Below are positions 24,414 to 38,600 of a stretch of DNA of 64,000 nt, in pieces. The DNA comes from Auanema rhodensis (lineage: Eukaryota > Animalia > Nematoda), in assembly GCA_964057225.1 (NCBI GenBank), contig OZ059896.1, positions 3,906,001 through 3,970,000 of the forward strand, in the 5' to 3' direction. Under the pieces are notes generated by a model. It was given only the letters and a program-made list of their open reading frames with translations, searched no databases and was not told the DNA's origin. How positions within the stretch are numbered: position 1 is the stretch's first letter; each line of letters opens with the position of its first letter. A program made the position numbers and the translations under genes.

Positions 24414-27219
24414 TTGAAAAATGATGCATTAGTGTATGTTGAGTTTCCATGTACACTCAACAATGCTTCCAAAAACATTTTGACAAAAATTTTCCCGAAA
24501 AATTTCAAAATAATTTCACAAAAAGTAGATGTTTTTAGATTCCTTTTTTCAAGACAAAGACGATGGACAATGTTATTCAACGAAAAAATTAATTCTTCAC
24601 GGTGAAAATCGAGGATATAAGTGTGAACCTATATCAGTTGATATCTCGGTGCATTTTCAAGCTAGCGCAAATCTGATAACACAGATCGACGCAGCTTAAA
24701 AATCCGCATCGAATGCACTATACTACATGGAGAAACGCTCAATACAAAAATTAGTTATGATCGTTTGAAAAATGATGCATTAGTGTATGTTGAGTTTCCA
24801 TGTACACTCAACATTGCTTCCAAAAACATTTTGACAAAAATTTTCCCGAAAAATTTCAAAATAATTTCACAAAAAGTAGATGTTTTTAGATTCCTTTTTT
24901 CAAGACAAAGACGATGGACATTGTTATTCAACAAAAAAATTAATTCTTCAGGGTGAAAATCGAGGATATAAGTGTGAACTTATATCAGTTGATATCTCGG
25001 TGCATTTTTAAGCTAGCGCAAATCTGATAACACAGATCGACGCAGCTTAAAAATCCGCATCGAATGCACTATACTACATTAAGAAAAGCTTAATACAAAA
25101 ATTAGTTATGATCGTTTGAAAAATGATGCATTAGTGTATGTTGAGTTTCCATGTACACTCAACATTGCTTCCAAAAACATTTTGACAAAAATTTTCCCGA
25201 AAAATTTCAAAATAATTTCACAAAAAGTAGATGTTTTTAGATTCCTTTTTTCAAGACAAAGACGATGGACATTGTTATTCAACAAAAAATTAATTCTTCA
25301 GGGTGAAAATCGAGGATATAAGTGTGAACTTATATCAGTTGATATCTCGGTGCATTTTTAAGCTAGCGCAAATCTGATAACACAGATCGACGCAGCTTAA
25401 AAATCCGCATCGAATGCACTATACTACATTAAGAAAAGCTTAATACAAAAATTAGTTATGATCGTTTGAAAAATGATGCATTAGTGTATGTTGAGTTTCC
25501 ATGTACACTCAACATTGCTTCCAAAAACATTTTGACAAAAATTTTCCCGAAAAATTTCAAAATAATTTCACAAAAAGTAGATGTTTTTAGATTCCTTTTT
25601 TCAAGACAAAGACGATGGACATTGTTATTCAACAAAAAAATTAATTCTTCAGGGTGAAAATCGAGGATATAAGTGTGAACTTATATCAGTTGATATCTCG
25701 GTGCATTTTTAAGCTAGCGCAAATCTGATAACACAGATCGACGCAGCTTAAAAATCCGCATCGAATGCACTATACTACATTAAGAAAAGCTCAATACAAA
25801 AATTAGTTATGATCGTTTGAAAAATGATGCATTAGTGTATGTTGAGTTTCCATGTACACTCAACAATGCTTCCAAAAACATTTTGACAAAAATTTTCCCG
25901 AAAAATTTCAAAATAATTTCACAAAAAGTAGATGTTTTTAGATTCCTTTTTTCAAGACAAAGACGATGGACAATGTTATTCAACGAAAAAATTAATTCTT
26001 CACGGTGAAAATCGAGGATATAAGTGTGAACCTATATCAGTTGATATCTCGGTGCATTTTCAAGCTAGCGCAAATCTGATAACACAGATCGACGCAGCTT
26101 AAAAATCCGCATCGAATGCACTATACTACATGGAGAAACGCTCAATACAAAAATTAGTTATGATCGTTTGAAAAATGATGCATTAGTGTATGTTGAGTTT
26201 CCATGTACACTCAACATTGCTTCCAAAAACATTTTGACAAAAATTTTCCCGAAAAATTTCAAAATAATTTCACAAAAAGTAGATGTTTTTAGATTCCTTT
26301 TTTCAAGACAAAGACGATGGACATTGTTATTCAACAAAAAAATTAATTCTTCAGGGTGAAAATCGAGGATATAAGTGTGAACTTATATCAGTTGATATCT
26401 CGGTGCATTTTTAAGCTAGCGCAAATCTGATAACACAGATCGACGCAGCTTAAAAATCCGCATCGAATGCACTATACTACATTAAGAAAAGCTTAATACA
26501 AAAATTAGTTATGATCGTTTGAAAAATGATGCATTAGTGTATGTTGAGTTTCCATGTACACTCAACATTGCTTCCAAAAACATTTTGACAAAAATTTTCC
26601 CGAAAAATTTCAAAATAATTTCACAAAAAGTAGATGTTTTTAGATTCCTTTTTTCAAGACAAAGACGATGGACATTGTTATTCAACAAAAAATTAATTCT
26701 TCAGGGTGAAAATCGAGGATATAAGTGTGAACTTATATCAGTTGATATCTCGGTGCATTTTTAAGCTAGCGCAAATCTGATAACACAGATCGACGCAGCT
26801 TAAAAATCCGCATCGAATGCACTATACTACATTAAGAAAAGCTTAATACAAAAATTAGTTATGATCGTTTGAAAAATGATGCATTAGTGTATGTTGAGTT
26901 TCCATGTACACTCAACATTGCTTCCAAAAACATTTTGACAAAAATTTTCCCGAAAAATTTCAAAATAATTTCACAAAAAGTAGATGTTTTTAGATTCCTT
27001 TTTTCAAGACAAAGACGATGGACATTGTTATTCAACAAAAAAATTAATTCTTCAGGGTGAAAATCGAGGATATAAGTGTGAACTTATATCAGTTGATATC
27101 TCGGTGCATTTTTAAGCTAGCGCAAATCTGATAACACAGATCGACGCAGCTTAAAAATCCGCATCGAATGCACTATACTACATTAAGAAAAGCTTAATAC
27201 AAAAATTAGTTATGATCGT
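24414..27219 (+). repeat. Local 4-monomer tandem duplication (1403 bp x2)
   Basis: The 350-bp A6 monomer occurs at 25116 and 26519 (offset 1403) with the same order of flanking haplotypes (24414/25817, 24765/26168, 25466/26869). Confidence 0.8.
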
Positions 27220-30200
27220 TTGAAAAATGATGCATTAGTGTATGTTGAGTTTCCATGTACACTCAACATTGCTTCCAAAAACATTTTGACAAAAATTTTC
27301 CCGAAAAATTTCAAAATAATTTCACAAAAAGTAGATGTTTTTAGATTCCTTTTTTCAAGACAAAGACGATGGACATTGTTATTCAACAAAAAAATTAATT
27401 CTTCAGGGTGAAAATCGAGGATATAAGTGTGAACTTATATCAGTTGATATCTCGGTGCATTTTTAAGCTAGCGCAAATCTGATAACACAGATCGACGCAG
27501 CTTAAAAATCCGCATCGAATGCACTATACTACATTAAGAAAAGCTTAATACAAAAATTAGTTATGATCGTTTGAAAAATGATGCATTAGTGTATGTTGAG
27601 TTTCCATGTACACTCAACATTGCTTCCAAAAACATTTTGACAAAAATTTTCCCGAAAAATTTCAAAATAATTTCACAAAAAGTAGATGTTTTTAGATTCC
27701 TTTTTTCAAGACAAAGACGATGGACATTGTTATTCAACAAAAAAATTAATTCTTCACGGTGAAAATCGAGGATATAAGTGTGAACCTATATCAGTTGATA
27801 TCTCGGTGCATTTTCAAGCTAGCGCAAATCTGATAACACAGATCGACGCAGCTTAAAAATCCGCATCGAATGCACTATACTACATTAAGAAAAGCTTAAT
27901 ACAAAAATTAGTTATGATCGTTTGAAAAATGATGCATTAGTGTATGTTGAGTTTCCATGTACACTCAACATTGCTTCCAAAAACATTTTGACAAAAATTT
28001 TCCCGAAAAATTTCAAAATAATTTCACAAAAAGTAGATGTTTTTAGATTTCTTTTTTCAAGACAAAGACGATGGACATTGTTATTCAACAAAAAAATTAA
28101 TTCTTCAGGGTGAAAATCGAGGATATAAGTGTGAACTTATATCAGTTGATATCTCGGTGCATTTTTAAGCTAGCGCAAATCTGATAACACAGATCGACGC
28201 AGCTTAAAAATCCACATCGAATGCACTATACTACATTGGGAAACACTCAATACAAACATTAGTTATGATCGTTTGAAAAATGATGCATTAGTGTATGTTG
28301 AGTTTCCATGTACACTCAACATTGCTTCCAAAAACATTTTGACAAAAATTTTCCCGAAAAATTTCAAAATAATTTCACAAAAAGTAGATGTTTTTAGATT
28401 CCTTTTTTCAAGACAAAGACGATGGACATTGTTATTCAACAAAAAAATTAATTCTTCACGGTGAAAATCGAGGATATAAGTGTGAACCTATATCAGTTGA
28501 TATCTCGGTGCATTTTCAAGCTAGCGCAAATCTGATAACACAGATCGACGCAGCTTAAAAATCCGCATCGAATGCACTATACTACATTAAGAAAAGCTTA
28601 ATACAAAAATTAGTTATGATCGTTTGAAAAATGATGCATTAGTGTATGTTGAGTTTCCATGTACACTCAACATTGCTTCCAAAAACATTTTGACAAAAAT
28701 TTTCCCGAAAAATTTCAAAATAATTTCACAAAAAGTAGATGTTTTTAGATTCCTTTTTTCAAGACAAAGACGATGGACATTGTTATTCAACAAAAAAATT
28801 AATTCTTCAGGGTGAAAATCGAGGATATAAGTGTGAACTTATATCAGTTGATATCTCGGTGCATTTTTAAGCTAGCGCAAATCTGATAACACAGATCGAC
28901 GCAGCTTAAAAATCCGCATCGAATGCACTATACTACATTAAGAAAAGCTTAATACAAAAATTAGTTATGATCGTTTGAAAAATGATGCATTAGTGTATGT
29001 TGAGTTTCCATGTACACTCAACATTGCTTCCAAAAACATTTTGACAAAAATTTTCCCGAAAAATTTCAAAATAATTTCACAAAAAGTAGATGTTTTTAGA
29101 TTCCTTTTTTCAAGACAAAGACGATGGACATTGTTATTCAACAAAAAATTAATTCTTCAGGGTGAAAATCGAGGATATAAGTGTGAACTTATATCAGTTG
29201 ATATCTCGGTGCATTTTTAAGCTAGCGCAAATCTGATAACACAGATCGACGCAGCTTAAAAATCCGCATCGAATGCACTATACTACATTAAGAAAAGCTT
29301 AATACAAAAATTAGTTATGATCGTTTGAAAAATGATGCATTAGTGTATGTTGAGTTTCCATGTACACTCAACATTGCTTCCAAAAACATTTTGACAAAAA
29401 TTTTCTCGAAAAATTTCAAAATAATTTCACAAAAAGTAGATGTTTTTAGATTCCTTTCTTCAAGACAAAGACGATGGACATTGTTATTCAACAAAAAAAT
29501 TAATTCTTCAGGGTGAAAATCGAGGATATAAGTGTGAACTTATATCAGTTGATATCTCGGTGCATTTTTAAGCTAGCGCAAATCTGATAACACAGATCGA
29601 CGCAGCTTAAAAATCCGCATCGAATGCACTATACTACATTAAGAAAAGCTTAATACAAAAATTAGTTATGATCGTTTGAAAAATGATGCATTAGTGTATG
29701 TTGAGTTTCCATGTACACTCAACATTGCTTCCAAAAACATTTTGACAAAAATTTTCCCGAAAAATTTCAAAATAATTTCACAAAAAGTAGATGTTTTTAG
29801 ATTTCTTTTTTCAAGACAAAGACGATGGACATTGTTATTCAACAAAAAAATTAATTCTTCAGGGTGAAAATCGAGGATATAAGTGTGAACTTATATCAGT
29901 TGATATCTCGGTGCATTTTTAAGCTAGCGCAAATCTGATAACACAGATCGACGCAGCTTAAAAATCCACATCGAATGCACTATACTACATTGGGAAACAC
30001 TCAATACAAACATTAGTTATGATCGTTTGAAAAATGATGCATTAGTGTATGTTGAGTTTCCATGTACACTCAACATTGCTTCCAAAAACATTTTGACAAA
30101 AATTTTCCCGAAAAATTTCAAAATAATTTCACAAAAAGTAGATGTTTTTAGATTCCTTTTTTCAAGACAAAGACGATGGACAATGTTATTCAACGAAAAA

Positions 30201-33200
30201 ATTAATTCTTCACGGTGAAAATCGAGGATATAAGTGTGAACCTATATCAGTGGATATCTCGGTGCATTTTCAAGCTAGCGCAAATCTGATAACACAGATC
30301 GACGCAGCTTAAAAATCCGCATCGAATGCACTATACTACATGGAGAAACGCTCAATACAAAAATTAGTTATGATCGTTTGAAAAATGATGCATTAGTGTA
30401 TGTTGAGTTTCCATGTACACTCAACAATGCTTCCAAAAACATTTTGACAAAAATTTTCCCGAAAAATTTCAAAATAATTTCACAAAAAGTAGATGTTTTT
30501 AGATTCCTTTTTTCAAGACAAAGACGATGGACATTGTTATTCAACAAAAAAATTAATTCTTCAGGGTGAAAATCGAGGATATAAGTGTGAACTTATATCA
30601 GTTGATATCTCGGTGCATTTTTAAGCTAGCGCAAATCTGATAACACAGATCGACGCAGCTTAAAAATCCGCATCGAATGCACTATACTACATTGGGAAAC
30701 ACTCAATACAAAAATTAGTTATGATCGTTTGAAAAATGATGCATTAGTGTATGTTGAGTTTCCATGTACACTCAACAATGCTTCCAAAAACATTTTGACA
30801 AAAATTTTCCCGAAAAATTTCAAAATAATTTCACAAAAAGTAGATGTTTTTAGATTCCTTTTTTCAAGACAAAGACGATGGACATTGTTATTCAACAAAA
30901 AAATTAATTCTTCACGGTTAAAATCGAGGATATAAGTGTGAACCTATATCAGTTGATATCTCGGTGCATTTTCAAGCTAGCGCAAATCTGATAACACAGA
31001 TCGACGCAGCTTAAAAATCCGCATCGAATGCACTATACTACATTAAGAAAAGCTTAATACAAAAATTAGTTATGATCGTTTGAAAAATGATGCATTAGTG
31101 TATGTTGAGTTTCCATGTACACTCAACATTGCTTCCAAAAACATTTTGACAAAAATTTTCCCGAAAAATTTCAAAATAATTTCACAAAAAGTAGATGTTT
31201 TTAGATTCCTTTTTTCAAGACAAAGACGATGGACATTGTTATTCAACAAAAAAATTAATTCTTCAGGGTGAAAATCGAGGATATAAGTGTGAACTTATAT
31301 CAGTTGATATCTCGGTGCATTTTCAAGCTAGCGCAAATCTGATAACACAGATCGACGCAGCTTAAAAATCCGCATCGAATGCACTATACTACATTAAGAA
31401 AAGCTTAATACAAAAATTAGTTATGATCGTTTGAAAAATGATGCATTAGTGTATGTTGAGTTTCCATGTACACTCAACATTGCTTCCAAAAACATTTTGA
31501 CAAAAATTTTCCCGAAAAATTTCAAAATAATTTCACAAAAAGTAGATGTTTTTAGATTCCTTTTTTCAAGACAAAGACGATGGACATTGTTATTCAACAA
31601 AAAAATTAATTCTTCAGGGTGAAAATCGAGGATATAAGTGTGAACCTATATCAGTTGATATCTCGGTGCATTTTCAAGCTAGCGCAAATCTGATAACACA
31701 GATCGACGCAGCTTAAAAATCCGCATCGAATGCACTATACTACATGGAGAAACGCTCAATACAAAAATTAGTTATGATCGTTTGAAAAATGATGCATTAG
31801 TGTATGTTGAGTTTCCATGTACACTCAACAATGCTTCCAAAAACATTTTGACAAAAATTTTCCCGAAAAATTTCAAAATAATTTCACAAAAAGTAGATGT
31901 TTTTAGATTCCTTTTTTCAAGACAAAGACGATGGACAATGTTATTCAACGAAAAAATTAATTCTTCACGGTGAAAATCGAGGATATAAGTGTGAACCTAT
32001 ATCAGTGGATATCTCGGTGCATTTTCAAGCTAGCGCAAATCTGATAACACAGATCGACGCAGCTTAAAAATCCGCATCGAATGCACTATACTACATGGAG
32101 AAACGCTCAATACAAAAATTAGTTATGATCGTTTGAAAAATGATGCATTAGTGTATGTTGAGTTTCCATGTACACTCAACATTGCTTCCAAAAACATTTT
32201 GACAAAAATTTTCCCGAAAAATTTCAAAATAATTTCACAAAAACTAGATGTTTTTAGATTCCTTTTTTCAAGACAAAGACGATGGACAATGTTATTCAAC
32301 AAAAAAATTAATTCTTCACGGTGAAAATCGAGGATATAAGTGTGAACCTATATCAGTTGATATCTCGGTGCATTTTCAAGCTAGCGCAAATCTGATAACA
32401 CAGATCGACGCAGCTTAAAAATCCGCATCGAATGCACTATACTACATTAAGAAAAGCTTAATACAAAAATTAGTTATGATCGTTTGAAAAATGATGCATT
32501 AGTGTATGTTGAGTTTCCATGTACACTCAACATTGCTTCCAAAAACATTTTGACAAAAATTTTCCCGAAAAATTTCAAAATAATTTCACAAAAAGTAGAT
32601 GTTTTTAGATTCCTTTTTTCAAGACAAAGACGATGGACATTGTTATTCAACAAAAAAATTAATTCTTCAGGGTGAAAATCGAGGATATAAGTGTGAACTT
32701 ATATCAGTTGATATCTCGGTGCATTTTTAAGCTAGCGCAAATCTGATAACACAGATCGACGCAGCTTAAAAATCCGCATCGAATGCACTATACTACATTA
32801 AGAAAAGCTTAATACAAAAATTAGTTATGATCGTTTGAAAAATGATGCATTAGTGTATGTTGAGTTTCCATGTACACTCAACATTGCTTCCAAAAACATT
32901 TTGACAAAAATTTTCCCGAAAAATTTCAAAATAATTTCACAAAAAGTAGATGTTTTTAGATTCCTTTTTTCAAGACAAAGACGATGGACATTGTTATTCA
33001 ACAAAAAAATTAATTCTTCAGGGTGAAAATCGAGGATATAAGTGTGAACTTATATCAGTTGATATCTCGGTGCATTTTCAAGCTAGCGCAAATCTGATAA
33101 CACAGATCGACGCAGCTTAAAAATCCGCATCGAATGCACTATACTACATTAAGAAAAGCTTAATACAAAAATTAGTTATGATCGTTTGAAAAATGATGCA

Positions 33201-35642
33201 TTAGTGTATGTTGAGTTTCCATGTACACTCAACATTGCTTCCAAAAACATTTTGACAAAAATTTTCCCGAAAAATTTCAAAATAATTTCACAAAAAGTAG
33301 ATGTTTTTAGATTCCTTTTTTCAAGACAAAGACGATGGACATTGTTATTCAACAAAAAAATTAATTCTTCAGGGTGAAAATCGAGGATATAAGTGTGAAC
33401 TTATATCAGTTGATATCTCGGTGCATTTTTAAGCTAGCGCAAATCTGATAACACAGATCGACGCAGCTTAAAAATCCACATCGATTGCACTATACTACAT
33501 TGGGAAACACTCAATACAAAAATTAGTTATGATCGTTTGAAAAATGATGCATTAGTGTATGTTGAGTTTCCATGTACACTCAACATTGCTTCCAAAAACA
33601 TTTTGACAAAAATTTTCCCGAAAAATTTCAAAATAATTTCACAAAAAGTAGATGTTTTTAGATTCCTTTTTTCAAGACAAAGACGATGGACATTGTTATT
33701 CAACAAAAAAATTAATTCTTCACGGTGAAAATCGAGGATATAAGTGTGAACCTATATCAGTTGATATCTCGGTGCATTTTCAAGCTAGCGCAAATCTGAT
33801 AACACAGATCGACGCAGCTTAAAAATCCACATCGAATGCACTATACTACATTGGGAAACACTCAATACAAACATTAGTTATGATCGTTTGAAAAATGATG
33901 CATTAGTGTATGTTGAGTTTCCATGTACACTCAACATTGCTTCCAAAAACATTTTGACAAAAATTTTCCCGAAAAATTTCAAAATAATTTCACAAAAAGT
34001 AGATGTTTTTAGATTCCTTTTTTCAAGACAAAGACGATGGACATTGTTATTCAACAAAAAAATTAATTCTTCAGGGTGAAAATCGAGGATATAAGTGTGA
34101 ACCTATATCAGTTGATATCTCGGTGCATTTTCAAGCTAGCGCAAATCTGATAACACAGATCGACGCAGCTTAAAAATCCGCATCGAATGCACTATACTAC
34201 ATGGAGAAACGCTCAATACAAAAATTAGTTATGATCGTTTGAAAAATGATGCATTAGTGTATGTTGAGTTTCCATGTACACTCAACAATGCTTCCAAAAA
34301 CATTTTGACAAAAATTTTCCCGAAAAATTTCAAAATAATTTCACAAAAAGTAGATGTTTTTAGATTCCTTTTTTCAAGACAAAGACGATGGACAATGTTA
34401 TTCAACGAAAAAATTAAATCTTCAGGGTGAAAATCGAGGATATAAGTGTGAACCTATATCAGTTGATATCTCGGTGCATTTTCAAGCTAGCGCAAATCTG
34501 ATAACACAGATCGACGCAGCTTAAAAATCCGCATCGAATGCACTATACTACATGGAGAAACGCTCAATACAAAAATTAGTTATGATCGTTTGAAAAATGA
34601 TGCATTAGTGTATGTTGAGTTTCCATGTACACTCAACAATGCTTCCAAAAACATTTTGACAAAAATTTTCCCGAAAAATTTCAAAATAATTTCACAAAAA
34701 GTAGATGTTTTTAGATTCCTTTTTTCAAGACAAAGACGATGGACAATGTTATTCAACGAAAAAATTAATTCTTCACGGTGAAAATCGAGGATATAAGTGT
34801 GAACCTATATCAGTGGATATCTCGGTGCATTTTCAAGCTAGCGCAAATCTGATAACACAGATCGACGCAGCTTAAAAATCCGCATCGAATGCACTATACT
34901 ACATGGAGAAACGCTCAATACAAAAATTAGTTATGATCGTTTGAAAAATGATGCATTAGTGTATGTTGAGTTTCCATGTACACTCAACAATGCTTCCAAA
35001 AACATTTTGACAAAAATTTTCCCGAAAAATTTCAAAATAATTTCACAAAAAGTAGATGTTTTTAGATTCCTTTTTTCAAGACAAAAACGATGGACATTGT
35101 TATTCAACAAAAAAATTAATTCTTCACGGTGAAAATCGAGGATATAAGTGTGAACCTATATCAGTTGATATCTCGGTGCATTTTCAAGCTAGCGCAAATC
35201 TGATAACACAGATCGACGCAGCTTAAAAATCCGCATCGAATGCACTATACTACATTAAGAAAAGCTTAATACAAAAATTAGTTATGATCGTTTGAAAAAT
35301 GATGCATTAGTGTATGTTGAGTTTCCATGTACACTCAACATTGCTTCCAAAAACATTTTGACAAAAATTTTCCCGAAAAATTTCAAAATAATTTCACAAA
35401 AAGTAGATGTTTTTAGATTCCTTTTTTCAAGACAAAGACGATGGACATTGTTATTCAACAAAAAAATTAATTCTTCAGGGTGAAAATCGAGGATATAAGT
35501 GTGAACTTATATCAGTTGATATCTCGGTGCATTTTTAAGCTAGCGCAAATCTGATAACACAGATCGACGCAGCTTAAAAATCCGCATCGAATGCACTATA
35601 CTACATTGGGAAACACTCAATACAAAAATTAGTTATGATCGT

Positions 35643-38600
35643 TTGAAAAATGATGCATTAGTGTATGTTGAGTTTCCATGTACACTCAACATTGCTTCCA
35701 AAAACATTTTGACAAAAATTTTCCCGAAAAATTTCAAAATAATTTCACAAAAAGTAGATGTTTTTAGATTCCTTTTTTCAAGACAAAGACGATGGACATT
35801 GTTATTCAACAAAAAAATTAATTCTTCAGGGTGAAAATCGAGGATATAAGTGTGAACTTATATCAGTTGATATCTCGGTGCATTTTCAAGCTAGCGCAAA
35901 TCTGATAACACAGATCGACGCAGCTTAAAAATCCGCATCGAATGCACTATACTACATTAAGAAAAGCTTAATACAAAAATTAGTTATGATCGTTTGAAAA
36001 ATGATGCATTAGTGTATGTTGAGTTTCCATGTACACTCAACATTGCTTCCAAAAACATTTTGACAAAAATTTTCCCGAAAAATTTCAGAATAATTTCACA
36101 AAAAGTAGATGTTTTTAGATTCCTTTTTTCAAGACAAAGACGATGGACATTGTTATTCAACAAAAAAATTAATTCTTCAGGGTGAAAATCGAGGATATAA
36201 GTGTGAACCTATATCAGTTGATATCTCGGTGCATTTTCAAGCTAGCGCAAATCTGATAACACAGATCGACGCAGCTTAAAAATCCGCATCGAATGCACTA
36301 TACTACATGGAGAAACGCTCAATACAAAAATTAGTTATGATCGTTTGAAAAATGATGCATTAGTGTATGTTGAGTTTCCATGTACACTCAACAATGCTTC
36401 CAAAAACATTTTGACAAAAATTTTCCCGAAAAATTTCAAAATAATTTCACAAAAAGTAGATGTTTTTAGATTCCTTTTTTCAAGACAAAGACGATGGACA
36501 ATGTTATTCAACGAAAAAATTAATTCTTCACGGTGAAAATCGAGGATATAAGTGTGAACCTATATCAGTGGATATCTCGGTGCATTTTCAAGCTAGCGCA
36601 AATCTGATAACACAGATCGACGCAGCTTAAAAATCCGCATCGAATGCACTATACTACATGGAGAAACGCTCAATACAAAAATTAGTTATGATCGTTTGAA
36701 AAATGATGCATTAGTGTATGTTGAGTTTCCATGTACACTCAACAATGCTTCCAAAAACATTTTGACAAAAATTTTCCCGAAAAATTTCAAAATAATTTCA
36801 CAAAAAGTAGATGTTTTTAGATTCCTTTTTTCAAGACAAAGACGATGGACATTGTTATTCAACAAAAAAATTAATTCTTCAGGGTGAAAATCGAGGATAT
36901 AAGTGTGAACTTATATCAGTTGATATCTCGGTGCATTTTTAAGCTAGCGCAAATCTGATAACACAGATCGACGCAGCTTAAAAATCCGCATCGAATGCAC
37001 TATACTACATTAAGAAAAGCTCAATACAAAAATTAGTTATGATCGTTTGAAAAATGATGCATTAGTGTATGTTGAGTTTCCATGTACACTCAACATTGCT
37101 TCCAAAAACATTTTGACAAAAATTTTCCCGAAAAATTTCAAAATAATTTCACAAAAAGTAGATGTTTTTAGATTCCTTTTTTCAAGACAAAGACGATGGA
37201 CATTGTTATTCAACAAAAAAATTAATTCTTCAGGGTGAAAATCGAGGATATAAGTGTGAACTTATATCAGTTGCTATCTCGGTGCATTTTTAAGCTAGCG
37301 CAAATCTGATAACACAGATCGACGCAGCTTAAAAATCCGCATCGAATGCACTATACTACATTAAGAAAAGCTTAATACAAAAATTAGTTATGATCGTTTG
37401 AAAAATGATGCATTAGTGTATGTTGAGTTTCCATGTACACTCAACATTGCTTCCAAAAACATTTTGACAAAAATTTTCCCGAAAAATTTCAAAATAATTT
37501 CACAAAAAGTAGATGTTTTTAGATTTCTTTTTTCAAGACAAAGACGATGGACATTGTTATTCAACAAATAAATTAATTCTTCAGGGTGAAAATCGAGGAT
37601 ATAAGTGTGAACTTATATCAGTTGCTATCTCGGTGCATTTTTAAGCTAGCGCAAATCTGATAACACAGATCGACGCAGCTTAAAAATCCACATCGAATGC
37701 ACTATACTACATTGGGAAACACTCAATACAAACATTAGTTATGATCGTTTGAAAAATGATGCATTAGTGTATGTTGAGTTTCCATGTACACTCAACATTG
37801 CTTCCAAAAACATTTTGACAAAAATTTTCCCGAAAAATTTCAAAATAATTTCACAAAAAGTAGATGTTTTTAGATTCCTTTTTTCAAGACAAAGACGATG
37901 GACATTGTTATTCAACAAAAAAATTAATTCTTCAGGGTGAAAATCGAGGATATAAGTGTGAACCTATATCAGTTGATATCTCGGTGCATTTTCAAGCTAG
38001 CGCAAATCTGATAACACAGATCGACGCAGCTTAAAAATCCGCATCGAATGCACTATACTACATGGAGAAACGCTCAATACAAAAATTAGTTATGATCGTT
38101 TGAAAAATGATGCATTAGTGTATGTTGAGTTTCCATGTACACTCAACAATGCTTCCAAAAACATTTTGACAAAAATTTTCCCGAAAAATTTCAAAATAAT
38201 TTCACAAAAAGTAGATGTTTTTAGATTCCTTTTTTCAAGACAAAGACGATGGACAATGTTATTCAACGAAAAAATTAATTCTTCAGGGTGAAAATCGAGG
38301 ATATAAGTGTGAACTTATATCAGTTGCTATCTCGGTGCATTTTTAAGCTAGCGCAAATCTGATAACACAGATCGACGCAGCTTAAAAATCCGCATCGAAT
38401 GCACTATACTACATTAAGAAAAGCTTAATACAAAAATTAGTTATGATCGTTTGAAAAATGATGCATTAGTGTATGTTGAGTTTCCATGTACACTCAACAT
38501 TGCTTCCAAAAACATTTTGACAAAAATTTTCCCGAAAAATTTCAAAATAATTTCACAAAAAGTAGATGTTTTTAGATTTCTTTTTTCAAGACAAAGACGA

